A DNA stretch of 29,475 nt, taken from the IMG/VR virus record IMGVR_UViG_3300028920_000053; one strand, 5' to 3'. Shown here piece after piece: positions 16,854 to 25,681 of this stretch. Numbering within the stretch: position 1 is the first letter of the stretch; each line of letters opens with the position of its first letter. Origin of the DNA: an uncultured virus (IMG/VR IMGVR_UViG_3300028920_000053) (Duplodnaviria; Heunggongvirae; Uroviricota; Caudoviricetes). A model generated the notes under the pieces. It was not told where the DNA came from. It did not search any database and was given only the letters and a program-made list of their open reading frames with translations. The translations under genes were made by a program, and so were the position numbers.

Positions 16854-17275
16854 TCAAAGGACTGCGGACGACCGGGCTCCGGCCTGTCGGGCCCGACGGC
16901 GAGCGCGTCCCCTCGCCGATCTACCTGTCGATCGATGACCCCGACCTCGTGGCGTGGTCGAGCGGAAACGCCAGGATCTATTTCAGGGCGATGGGGATCG
17001 ACGCGGGCGAGCACCTGATCGGGGACGTCTCGGTCGAGGAGGCCGAGGACGCGATCCGGCGCGGACTGGAAAGCGTCTCGCAGGACATCACGCGGCGGGC
17101 CCTCGGAGTCATCCGGGAGCGCGAGGTGCAGATGGCCAGGGGCAGCGACTACCTGCGGCCGAAGGTCATCTCCGCCGAGCTTAGGACGACGGACGTGGTG
17201 CGGGCGCTCGGGCAATTCTCCCGGGCAGTCCGCCGATTCAAGCAGATGGGAGCCGACAGGATCGGCTGGGAGTGA
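16841..17275 (+). CDS. Hypothetical protein (144 aa)
   Basis: GTG 16841 after GGAGG, in the frame of the tracked 16757 ORF. Confidence 0.6.
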   Translation: MGVVIKGLRTTGLRPVGPDGERVPSPIYLSIDDPDLVAWSSGNARIYFRAMGIDAGEHLIGDVSVEEAEDAIRRGLESVSQDITRRALGVIREREVQMARGSDYLRPKVISAELRTTDVVRALGQFSRAVRRFKQMGADRIGWE

Positions 17276-17302
17276 GGCGACCGCCTCGGAAAGGACGTTG
17301 AG

Positions 17303-17662
17303 ATGAGCGATAAGCTGGACATGGTGGAGTGGATGGAGCGGGCGCGGTTCCGGAGGACCTTCGACGGGAGGCTGGTCTGCCAGCTCGGGATGAGCCCGGC
17401 GCAGGACGATCTATTCCTGGTCATCGAGTGGCGATCACGCGGGGGGATCCCCGCCGACGCCCAGGTCGAGCCGCCGACAATGGACGACGACGAGGTGCGG
17501 ATGCGCCTGGTCGCGAAGCGCGGCGACCTGCCCGAGCGTGAGCTGGCGGAGTGCGACGAGGCGTTCCTGCTGGGCGACTTCGCGAGGCGCTACCCCGGCG
17601 GCCTCGACCTGGAGACGCTGCTCGGGCTGGGCCTGATCCATGGCGTCGCGCCTGGTGAGTAG
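17303..17662 (+). CDS. Hypothetical protein (119 aa)
   Basis: ATG after AAGGA; typical codon usage. Confidence 0.65.
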   Translation: MSDKLDMVEWMERARFRRTFDGRLVCQLGMSPAQDDLFLVIEWRSRGGIPADAQVEPPTMDDDEVRMRLVAKRGDLPERELAECDEAFLLGDFARRYPGGLDLETLLGLGLIHGVAPGE

Positions 17663-17707
17663 GGCGAGGGCTCGCGACTTCTTCGGGATCGCGCTATCCT
17701 CCGTCCA

Positions 17708-19426
17708 ATGGAGGAAGCCCTAGACCGAGCCGAGCGCCGCCCGCGCGGGAAGCGACGCAAGACCGAGAAGCGAGACGCGTACGCCCGGATGCTCGACCGC
17801 GAGCTGCCGAAGGAACCCCCAGGATCCTGCGGGCTGCAGCTCGCGTCCTTCTTCTGCGGGTGCGGCGGCGTGGACCTTGGCTTCCGATCGGCCGGGTTCG
17901 AGCTGGCATTCTCGAACGACATCTTCCAGTCGGCGGCCGTCAGCTTCGCCGAGAACCTTGGGCACGAGCCGATGGTCGAGGACATCCGGAACGTCGACGC
18001 CCGCCAGCTGGAAGGCATCGACGTCCTGACGGGCGGCTTCCCATGCGTGACCTTCTCGACGGCGGGAAGGCGGAAGGGGGTCGTCGACGACATCAACGGC
18101 AAGCTGTACCTCGAGCTGTGCCGGGTCATTCGCGAGGCGCGCCCGCGCTACTTCGTGGCCGAGAACGTCAAGGGGATCCTCAGTGCCAACGGCGGCGACG
18201 CGATGAAGCTGGTCCTCGCCGCCTTCTATCGGCTCGGGTATTACGTCTTCCACCAGCTGGTCGACATGTCGGGGCACGGCATCCCGCAGACCCGGCACCG
18301 CGTCATCTTCGTGGGCATCCGCGAGGACCAGTTCCGCGGCGCGTTCCGATTCCCGAAGCAGACCCACAAGGTCGGCAAGGGGGATCCGGCCTGGCTCCCG
18401 CCCCCAGTGTCGCTGCGCGCTGCGATCGGGGACCTCGGGGAGCCGGCGGTCGGGGTCCGCAACGCCGACTTCTTCAACCCGGTCCGCGACGCCGACGGGC
18501 CGTGCGTCGCGGTCACCGGGGCGGCGCCCGAGCTGAGCGTCCCGAACCACGACCAGGTCAGCGAGAAGCCCGCCTATGAGTTCGTGCAGACTCAGCGGGT
18601 GAATCGACGCAGCGGGCCCTCGATGACGATCGTCACGAAGGAGCAGGACGTCCAGTTCGTCCCGGCCAATCACGAGCGGAACGACGCGCCGCCTCCCAAG
18701 GTGGATCCGACTGCGGCCCATGCCGGCGGCGCCGCTCCCGGTGAGCAGCGGGGTAGGGTGCGCGATCCTCGGAAGCCGGGCGCGACTGTGGCGGGTGGTC
18801 CCGGGGACGCGCCGTTCATTCCGAACCAGGACCAGCGGACGACCTTCGGCGTCGGCGAGCGTTACCATGGCACCGGCCACAGGCAGACCAAGGCAGACGA
18901 GCCGTCTCCCTCGATCATCGGCAGCACGGGCGGCGGAACCCCGATGCTGCCCAACCAGGACCAGCGGAGCGAGGCATCGGAGGGCAAGGTCCACAACTGG
19001 ATGCAGCAGCGGCAGGCGTCCGACGACGAGCCGGTCCCATCGATCGTGTCGCGAGGTCCCCCTCCCTTCCTGCCCAACCAGGATCAGCGGACCGTGGCGG
19101 GGCCGACCGCATTCGGCTGTAGCGAGCGCGGAGCCGATGAGTCCGAGCCGAGCCCGACTATCGCCGGCGCCCATGCCGCGGGCGTGCCCTGGCATCCGAA
19201 CGACCTCGGCATCCGGAGGATGAGCGTCCGCGAGTGCGCCCGCGTCCAGTCGTTCCCCGACTGGTTCGCGTTCCACGGATCGATGAGCGAGTGCTACAAG
19301 CAGGTCGGGAACGCGGTCCCGCCGCTGTACGCCAAGCGGCTCGCCGAGGCCATCGCCGAGTACGACAGGAGGAGCAAGTGCCGTCCAAGAAGCCGAGGCA
19401 ACGGAAGCAGCAGAAGCCGTCGATAG
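17708..19426 (+). CDS. DNA (cytosine-5) methyltransferase with repeated target-recognition region
   Basis: Motif I FCGCGG, IV GGFPC, VI ENVKG, VIII QTRHR, IX RECARVQSFP, X KQVGNAVPP. TATCCT lies seven bases before the ATG. Confidence 0.95.
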   Translation: MEEALDRAERRPRGKRRKTEKRDAYARMLDRELPKEPPGSCGLQLASFFCGCGGVDLGFRSAGFELAFSNDIFQSAAVSFAENLGHEPMVEDIRNVDARQLEGIDVLTGGFPCVTFSTAGRRKGVVDDINGKLYLELCRVIREARPRYFVAENVKGILSANGGDAMKLVLAAFYRLGYYVFHQLVDMSGHGIPQTRHRVIFVGIREDQFRGAFRFPKQTHKVGKGDPAWLPPPVSLRAAIGDLGEPAVGVRNADFFNPVRDADGPCVAVTGAAPELSVPNHDQVSEKPAYEFVQTQRVNRRSGPSMTIVTKEQDVQFVPANHERNDAPPPKVDPTAAHAGGAAPGEQRGRVRDPRKPGATVAGGPGDAPFIPNQDQRTTFGVGERYHGTGHRQTKADEPSPSIIGSTGGGTPMLPNQDQRSEASEGKVHNWMQQRQASDDEPVPSIVSRGPPPFLPNQDQRTVAGPTAFGCSERGADESEPSPTIAGAHAAGVPWHPNDLGIRRMSVRECARVQSFPDWFAFHGSMSECYKQVGNAVPPLYAKRLAEAIAEYDRRSKCRPRSRGNGSSRSRR

Positions 19427-20109
19427 ACGCACCCGAGCCGATCATGCTGGAGCTCGCTTCGCTCAACGAGGCGACCTACAATCCGAGGTTCATCTCCGAC
19501 GAGGAGATGCGGAGCCTGAAGGCCAGCCTCCGCAAGCACGGGCTCGTCGAGTCGCTGGTCGTTCAGAAGAAGGGGACGGTCCTGATCGCCGGACACCAGC
19601 GACTCCGGGCGCTACGGGAGATCGCCGAGGCGGGCGAGGTCAGCGTCCCCGAGCGGGTCGCCTGCATCGTCCTCGACGTCAACGACTCGACGGCCAAGCA
19701 GCTGAACATCACGCTGAACCGCGTCGGCGGCGAGTTCGATCCTTTCAAGCTGGGCCAGGTCCTGGCGGACATCCATCATCGAAACGACTTTGACGAGGTG
19801 GCGATCGGATTCAATGGAGAGGAGATCGCCGAGCTGGTCAAGGCCGCGACGACGTCGCCCGAGGACCTGGCGAATGAGCTGGAGTCGTCGGTCGGCGACC
19901 TTGGCGTTTTCGCCAAGTCGGTGACCCTGACCGTGCCCTTCCCATCCGTGAAGGAGCGGGACGAGGCGAAGGTGCTGCTGGAGGAGCTCGCGGGCAAGGG
20001 GAAGCACGGCGAGTACATCCTGAAGCTGCTGCACCAGGCGAGGGCGATGGCCCGAGTCGGCAAGGCCAAGGTCGGCAAGCGGTCCAACGGCAAGCGGGCG
20101 AGGGCGTGA
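19378..20109 (+). CDS. ParB N-terminal (ParB/Srx) domain protein
   Basis: YNPR...LKASLRKHGLVESLVV...IAGHQRLRAL; GTG after AGGAGG, overlapping the MTase end. Confidence 0.85.
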   Translation: MPSKKPRQRKQQKPSIDAPEPIMLELASLNEATYNPRFISDEEMRSLKASLRKHGLVESLVVQKKGTVLIAGHQRLRALREIAEAGEVSVPERVACIVLDVNDSTAKQLNITLNRVGGEFDPFKLGQVLADIHHRNDFDEVAIGFNGEEIAELVKAATTSPEDLANELESSVGDLGVFAKSVTLTVPFPSVKERDEAKVLLEELAGKGKHGEYILKLLHQARAMARVGKAKVGKRSNGKRARA

Positions 20110-20579
20110 GCATCCTGTCCGACCGCTTCCGGAAGTGGATCCGCTCGATCGCCGAGTGGTTCATCGGCGACTACTACGAGGGGCCGCAGCCGCCGCGCCA
20201 TATCGCCGAGGAAGCCAGGCTGTTCAGGCTCCTGAACCCGAACGCGGGCCCCTCCGACTGGGAGTCGTTCGCCGTCAAGCACGCACAGAACTGCTATCGA
20301 TCGGGCTTCGTCCGGGGCTTCGAGTGGACCGAGCGAGACTGGCCGGGACCGCCCGACGATCCCGAAGTGCTCGCCGAGCTGGAGCGTCACGATTGGTCGT
20401 TGGCAGGCGCCGACCCCCGGCTCGACCTCGCGCTGGCGACGGCGGCCAATCCCGATGACCCGATCGCGATGCTGCACTCGCCCGCCGAGCGACAAGCCTT
20501 CCTGGACGAGGTCGCCGCCCGGGGCGGCATAGTGACAGAGGATGGGCAGTTCGTGCCCGAGCAAGTCGAGGTCGACTGA
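20106..20579 (+). CDS. Hypothetical protein (157 aa)
   Basis: GTGA-coupled to the ParB-like gene. Confidence 0.7.
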   Translation: MSILSDRFRKWIRSIAEWFIGDYYEGPQPPRHIAEEARLFRLLNPNAGPSDWESFAVKHAQNCYRSGFVRGFEWTERDWPGPPDDPEVLAELERHDWSLAGADPRLDLALATAANPDDPIAMLHSPAERQAFLDEVAARGGIVTEDGQFVPEQVEVD

Positions 20580-20879
20580 ATGGCTGACGCGGTGAAAGCG
20601 AGCAACGCGCTGGTGAGCATGGCGGGGTTCTATGCGGATGCCCTGGGCGAGCTGCACCAGAAAGACGAGGGGCAGCGGCAGCTGCTCGAGCAACTGAAGA
20701 AGCAGCTGGTCCAGCAGGCGGCGGCGCTGCAGGGGAGGGCCAGGCTGGTCGACGCCGTCGGCGCTTATCTGAAGCAGGTCGAGCAGCACGCGAGCGTCGC
20801 CCCCGACGAGTACAGGGAGCTGGTCGCGGCATGGCGCGCGGTCCAGGGAGAAACGCCGGAGCCCAAGGCAAAGGGGTAG
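20580..20879 (+). CDS. Hypothetical coiled-coil protein (99 aa)
   Basis: Abuts the previous stop; GAGG SD; Q/L-rich helix. Confidence 0.65.
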   Translation: MADAVKASNALVSMAGFYADALGELHQKDEGQRQLLEQLKKQLVQQAAALQGRARLVDAVGAYLKQVEQHASVAPDEYRELVAAWRAVQGETPEPKAKG

Positions 20880-20882
20880 CTG

Positions 20883-21197
20883 ATGGCCGAGATCCGATTC
20901 GACCCCGACAAGGCATGCGAGCTGCTCGAGACGGAGACGGTGTCGGACAGATCCAGGCGGTGGCGCCGGTTCAGGCCGCAGAACTTCCAGACCGTCGTCG
21001 GTGTGTTCGAGCCTCGGAAGTGGAACCACGAGCAGCGCACGGCCGAGCCGCAGCGATGGAAGGCGATGTGTCTGGTGTGCGGCCAGCGCTTCCAGGGCGA
21101 CTGCATGACGGGGGCCGTCCGCACCCACATCTGCCGATTCGGCGCGGTGCACGCCCACCGCGACCCGCTTCAACCGAAGGAGAGGAGAGAGGGATGA
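20883..21197 (+). CDS. Hypothetical protein with a possible C2H2-like Zn finger (104 aa)
   Basis: CLVCG...HICRFGAVHAH; ATGA overlap with the next gene. Confidence 0.65.
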   Translation: MAEIRFDPDKACELLETETVSDRSRRWRRFRPQNFQTVVGVFEPRKWNHEQRTAEPQRWKAMCLVCGQRFQGDCMTGAVRTHICRFGAVHAHRDPLQPKERREG

Positions 21198-22240
21198 TCA
21201 GCGACGCGATGCACAAGCGAGAGAGGTCCTTCATCGTGACGGCCTTTCGGCAGAGGCGGGGTCGCGAGCCGACCACCGCCGAGGCGCAGCTCCTACAGTC
21301 GGTGAGCTGGCTCGAAACCCGGTACGGGACCGCGTGGAAGTCGGACGCCGGACGCGAGTCGAAGAACCGCGGGGCGGTCCAGTACAAGACTCCCCGGCAG
21401 CTCGGGCTGACCCCGCCCTATCCCGACGTGTCGCCCGATGGCCGGGGCTTCCTCTACACCGACACCTCGCCGAATGACGATGGATCCTCGACCCCATATT
21501 CGGTTTACTTCCGGCGCTACGAAAGCGACGAGGAGGCAGTCCGCGACCTCGTTCAGCAGGTCTACGACAACCGACCGGCGGTGCTCCAGGCGGCATCCGA
21601 GGCCGATGTCCTCGGGTTCAGCCGGGCGATGTACGAGTCCCGATACTACGAGGGCTTCGGCAGGACGAAGGAAGAGAGGATCGCGAACCACCACAAGGCC
21701 GTGAAGGCCGCGCTCCGAAGGATCGCGAATGCGCTCGGCGAGCCGCTCCCGGATGGCTCGATGCCGCTACCCAGGACGATCGAGCGCGGCAGCTCCGGGG
21801 TCGTCGTCAAGGACTGGCAGGCGGTCGTCGACCTGTGGCTCGCCGGGATCGAGGAGTCCGGCGATGAACTGAGCGGCGCCGCATGGAGGGCCTGGGTCGG
21901 TGAGTGCGAGGAGAGGGGCGCGGCCCCCTATTCGCTCGCGAGTGACGGCTTGTTCGGCGAGATGACCGACCTGGCGACCAGGGCGTGGCAGGAGGCGCAC
22001 GGCCTGAAAGTCGATGGAATCGTCGGCCCGAACACCTGGGGCGCCGCCCAGAAGGGGACGGCCCCGACCGAGCCGCCCCCGATTCCGGACGAGGACCTGC
22101 TGGAGAAGGCTGCGGCGGGGGACCTGCCGGACGGCGTCGACCTGCGCAGGATCGTCTCCCTGCTGGCGGCCCGAGTCCTCGACTTGGAGAAGCGACGCAA
22201 GAAAACCGGCCGGAAAGCGACTCCACCGACGCGCCTGTGA
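21194..22240 (+). CDS. Endolysin-like peptidoglycan hydrolase (GH73/FlgJ-like catalytic domain + PG_binding_1)
   Basis: WLETRYG (catalytic Glu), FRRYESDEEAVRD, AMYESRYY; PG-binding DGLFGEMT...WQEAHGLKVDGIVGPNTW. Confidence 0.8.
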   Translation: MISDAMHKRERSFIVTAFRQRRGREPTTAEAQLLQSVSWLETRYGTAWKSDAGRESKNRGAVQYKTPRQLGLTPPYPDVSPDGRGFLYTDTSPNDDGSSTPYSVYFRRYESDEEAVRDLVQQVYDNRPAVLQAASEADVLGFSRAMYESRYYEGFGRTKEERIANHHKAVKAALRRIANALGEPLPDGSMPLPRTIERGSSGVVVKDWQAVVDLWLAGIEESGDELSGAAWRAWVGECEERGAAPYSLASDGLFGEMTDLATRAWQEAHGLKVDGIVGPNTWGAAQKGTAPTEPPPIPDEDLLEKAAAGDLPDGVDLRRIVSLLAARVLDLEKRRKKTGRKATPPTRL

Positions 22241-22521
22241 AACAGTTCGGACTATTCGATCCCGCTATTCCACCGACGCGCCGGTGGAACAGTCCGAACT
22301 GTTTGGGGCCCCTATTCCACCGACGCGTCTGAGAAACAGTCCGAACTGTTTGGGGCCACTGTTTCTCAGACGGCTCGACAGAAACAGTCCGAACTGTTTG
22401 GGCTCGCTATTCCACCGACGCGCCGGTGGAACAGTCCGAACTGTTTGGGGCCCCTATTTCACAGGCGCATCGGTGAAACAGTCCGAACTGTTTGGTCTCG
22501 CTATTCTACCGACGCGCCGTG
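22223..22521. repeat. Array A: ~6.5 tandem copies of a 47-bp palindromic unit CTRTTY-N16-RAACAG-TCCGAA-CTGTTT-N7
   Basis: AACAG recurs at 22241, 22288, 22335, 22383, 22430 and 22477. Confidence 0.95.
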
Positions 22522-22526
22522 GTTTC

Positions 22527-22545
22527 GCCGCATAACCGGGCCATG
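22527..22545 (+). promoter_or_regulatory. Putative leaderless promoter GCCGCATAAC-N6-ATG
   Basis: CATAAC at 22531-22536; ATG at 22543. Confidence 0.55.
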
Positions 22546-24477
22546 GGAATCGTTCAAGACACCTTCGGCGAGGGAGGACACCTCGTTCAGCAGCTCGACG
22601 ACTATCAGGTTCGGGACGGCCAGGTCCGGCTCGCCGAGCGAGTCCTGGCGACGATGGAGGAGGGGGGCTCGCTGCTCGCCGAGGCCCCGACGGGCACGGG
22701 CAAGTCGCTCGCCTACGCGCTGCCCGCCGTGTGGCACGCCGTCCAGAACGGACGCAAGGCGGTGCTCGTCACCGCGAACATCGCGCTGCAGGACCAGCTC
22801 GCGAAGAAGGACCTCCCGCTGCTGGCCGCGGCGCTGCCCTTCGAGTTCAACTTCCAGGTCCTGAAGGGCGTCGCGAACTATCTCTGCCTGGACGTGATGG
22901 ATGAGTCGAATGGCTCGCCGTCGCTCAACTTCGACCGGCGCGAGGAGCACGAGCAGTGGGATGCGATCAAGGCGTGGACGGAGACGACCCCGAGCGGCGA
23001 CATCGCCGAGCTCCCCTTCGAGCCTCTGCACCGGGTCCGCGAGCGGTTCACGGTTTCCAGCGACGACTGCCTCGGTGTTAGCTGCCCGTTCCGCGACGGA
23101 TGCCACCTGCTCTCTGCCAGGCGCAAGGCGGCCGACGCCGACCTGGTCGTGACGAACTACCACCTGTTCTTCGCCGACCTCGCGATCAAGGCGGGGGACG
23201 GCCAGGGAGTCCTCCCGCCGTATCAGCATGTCGTGTTCGACGAGGGCCACAAGATCGCGGACATCGTGCGGGACTTCTTCGGGTGGCGGGTGAGCAGGCC
23301 CGGGATCAAGCAGGCGACCTCCCAGCTGAAGAAGGGAAGGCGCGGGGCGAAGGGGATCGACCGCGAGCTGTACGACAGGATCGAGCTGGAGGCCGACTTC
23401 TTCTTCGGGAAGCTGGCGCAGTTCTACCACTCCGACGACTATGCGGTCCGCCTGCGGGGCCCGGGCGAGTACGATGCCGAGCAGCTCGCCGCGTCGCTCG
23501 ACGAGGCGGCATCGACGCTGCAGGTCGCGGCCGACCAAGGCAGGTTCAAGGCGGACCGAAAGGCCGAGCTACGCAACGGGGCGAACCGCTGCGCGGCAGC
23601 CGCCTCGCACCTGCGCGAGGGGCAGGAGCTGCAGGACGAGACCCGGGCCTACTTCCTGGACGAGAGGAACGACCGGGTGGCGGTCGCGATGAAGCCGGTC
23701 GACGTCGCGCCGATCCTACGGCAGCACGTCTTCGAGTCCGAGAAGGTGAGGACGACGGTCGTCACCAGTGCGACGCTCAGCACGGGCGGCAGCTCGGGCT
23801 TCGACTTCATCGCCAAGCAGCTCGGCGCCGAGTCCTCGGCGGACATCGAGGTGGAGTCGCCGTTCGACTTCTCCGGGGTGACGATGGTCGTTCCTCGAGG
23901 TATCGCCGTCCCGAATGCGAAGGCGTTCCCGTCCGACGTCGCCGAGGCGCTGGTCGAGACGGTCGGGCTGGCGAGGGGCCGTACGCTCGGGTTGTTCACG
24001 AGCTATCGGGTGATGAAGGTCGCCGCCCAGGCGCTGCGCGGAGCCGGGCTCCCATACCGGATCTTGGTCCAGGGAGAGGGCTCGCGGATGCAGCTCGTCC
24101 GCGACTTCAAGGAAGATGTCCCTAGCGTGCTGCTCGGGGTCGAGTCGTTCTGGCAGGGGCTCGACTGCCCCGGCGAGACGCTATCCTGCGTGTTCATCGA
24201 CAAGCTGCCCTTCGCGGTGCCCGACGACCCGGTCCTGTCCATGCTGGAGCAGCGGGAGGGCTCGCGGTTCTGGAAGCGGCACTCGCTTCCCCACGCGATC
24301 ATCGCGTTCAAGCAGGGCTTCGGTCGGCTCGTGCGGACGGTCAGCGACGCGGGCGCGGTCGTCTGCTGCGATCGGAGGCTGGTCGACAAGCCCTATGGCA
24401 AGTCGTTCTTCCGGGCCTTGCCCGAAGGCGTCCGCGTCGTCCGGCAGCTGGAGGAGGTGGCGAATGCGACCAGGTGA
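22543..24477 (+). CDS. dinG: DinG/YoaA-family (XPD-like) ATP-dependent helicase with Fe-S cluster
   Basis: Q motif RDGQ, APTGTGKS, NYLCL...CLGVSCPFRDGC, DEGH, SATL, WQGLD, KQGFGRLVR. Confidence 0.95.
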   Translation: MGIVQDTFGEGGHLVQQLDDYQVRDGQVRLAERVLATMEEGGSLLAEAPTGTGKSLAYALPAVWHAVQNGRKAVLVTANIALQDQLAKKDLPLLAAALPFEFNFQVLKGVANYLCLDVMDESNGSPSLNFDRREEHEQWDAIKAWTETTPSGDIAELPFEPLHRVRERFTVSSDDCLGVSCPFRDGCHLLSARRKAADADLVVTNYHLFFADLAIKAGDGQGVLPPYQHVVFDEGHKIADIVRDFFGWRVSRPGIKQATSQLKKGRRGAKGIDRELYDRIELEADFFFGKLAQFYHSDDYAVRLRGPGEYDAEQLAASLDEAASTLQVAADQGRFKADRKAELRNGANRCAAAASHLREGQELQDETRAYFLDERNDRVAVAMKPVDVAPILRQHVFESEKVRTTVVTSATLSTGGSSGFDFIAKQLGAESSADIEVESPFDFSGVTMVVPRGIAVPNAKAFPSDVAEALVETVGLARGRTLGLFTSYRVMKVAAQALRGAGLPYRILVQGEGSRMQLVRDFKEDVPSVLLGVESFWQGLDCPGETLSCVFIDKLPFAVPDDPVLSMLEQREGSRFWKRHSLPHAIIAFKQGFGRLVRTVSDAGAVVCCDRRLVDKPYGKSFFRALPEGVRVVRQLEEVANATR

Positions 24478-24802
24478 GGGCATGCACTTCGGGCTGGTGG
24501 AGGTCGTCTTCGACCGCGAGGGGAGGAACGCGCAGACGGTCGCGACCACCGGGGCGCTGATGACCTCGGCGCTCGGGCTGTTTTCGCTCACCGTGACGCC
24601 GGTCGGGCTCACCGCGATCATCGTCGATCCGGACCCCGCCATCGTCTCGGCGAGGGCCAACCGGCTGAAGCAGGCGCTGCTCAATGCCGGCGCGCAGAAG
24701 GTAACCCGGGCGCTGGTGTCGGACGACATCGAGCAAGTGATGCCAGGCGTCCGACGCTGGGCCGAGCAGGAATCCGGGAGGAAGGACGGAGATGGAAACT
24801 AA
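24464..24802 (+). CDS. Hypothetical protein (112 aa)
   Basis: ATG after GGAGGAGG, overlapping the dinG end. Confidence 0.6.
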   Translation: MRPGEGMHFGLVEVVFDREGRNAQTVATTGALMTSALGLFSLTVTPVGLTAIIVDPDPAIVSARANRLKQALLNAGAQKVTRALVSDDIEQVMPGVRRWAEQESGRKDGDGN

Positions 24803-25232
24803 GGCCAACGACAGGGAGCTCGCCTACCTGCGGTGCATCTACGGGGTGATCGCGGATGTTGCCCGGGAACTGAGGATCGGCAGCGAGGAGCACGAGGAAG
24901 CGCGCCGAGCGTTCGAGCCCGACCCCCTCGGCCGCGAGGTTCCGGGCAGGTTCTTCCAGCGGGTCAGGGAGTCGGCGGTCGAGCAGTCGACGCACGACGG
25001 CCGCGTGCTGGGCCGAAGGCACCGAGGATGGGGGCTGGAGATCATCTGGTCGGCTTGCGGCTGGCTGCTGGAGTCCCGGCTGTCGCTGGACCGGGGCGAT
25101 CGGGAAGGGGCCAACGAGGCCGGCAGGAACTGCCTGGACGCGCTGGTCCGCGCCAGCGTGATAATCGGCAACAGTGGGCAAAGCATCCAGACGGCGATCG
25201 AGACGGCGCTCGGTCGCGAGGGCCTTCGGTGA
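24792..25232 (+). CDS. Hypothetical protein (146 aa)
   Basis: Overlaps both neighbours; purine-rich SD. Confidence 0.65.
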   Translation: METKANDRELAYLRCIYGVIADVARELRIGSEEHEEARRAFEPDPLGREVPGRFFQRVRESAVEQSTHDGRVLGRRHRGWGLEIIWSACGWLLESRLSLDRGDREGANEAGRNCLDALVRASVIIGNSGQSIQTAIETALGREGLR

Positions 25233-25681
25233 ACATCGCCGAGGCGCTGGTCGACCTCGGACGCGAGCGCGGGGGCCAGACGGCGATCGTCGCCGGGATC
25301 AAGGTCCTGCGCCGGCTCGTCCGCGGGCGGGGAGACCCGTCGCTGGTCTCGCTCGACACGCTCGAGGCGAGGGCCGTCCGCGGCAACCCGGCGGACCCGC
25401 TGCTGGTCGCCCTCCGCTGCGCCAACGCGGAGACGCTCGGGCAGTTCATCTGCGGGGTCGCGGTGCTCGCCTTGCTGAAGGCGCAGCAGGGGGGCGAGAC
25501 GGGCAAGGTCGGGGAGTTCACCGGGCCCTGCCTGATGCTGGCCGGGATCCTGATGGAGAACCTGGCGGACGCCGCGGAGTGCGAGCGGGCTATCCTGCTG
25601 ATGTCCAGGCTGCTGCGGGCCGCCACGCCCGAGGCCGCCGCGGCGGCAGTCGACGAGTACAACGGGAAGGAGCCGTCGTGA
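25229..25681 (+). CDS. Hypothetical helical protein (150 aa)
   Basis: GTGA-coupled start. Confidence 0.6.
   Translation: MNIAEALVDLGRERGGQTAIVAGIKVLRRLVRGRGDPSLVSLDTLEARAVRGNPADPLLVALRCANAETLGQFICGVAVLALLKAQQGGETGKVGEFTGPCLMLAGILMENLADAAECERAILLMSRLLRAATPEAAAAAVDEYNGKEPS

Noticed and set aside
17708..20109. Restriction-modification system
   Set aside because: No recognisable restriction endonuclease lies beside the MTase; an orphan phage methylase is the simpler reading.
22223..22521. CRISPR array interpretation of the 47-bp arrays
   Set aside because: The variable parts are only 16-17 nt, are repeated or reverse complements of each other, and are themselves palindromic. No cas genes are recognisable.
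22492..22542. Tracked upstream starts (dinG 22492; also 3412, 10928, 14285, 19234, 20831, 28315)
   Set aside because: The extensions run through repeats or upstream genes. Downstream starts with an SD, stop-start overlap or -10 motif fit better.
1371..23538. Long minus-strand ORFs (e.g. 1371..3227, 5785..7467, 9660..11387, 11799..13580, 17720..19432, 22501..23538)
   Set aside because: These are antisense shadows of well-supported + strand genes, expected at high GC, and they show no motifs.
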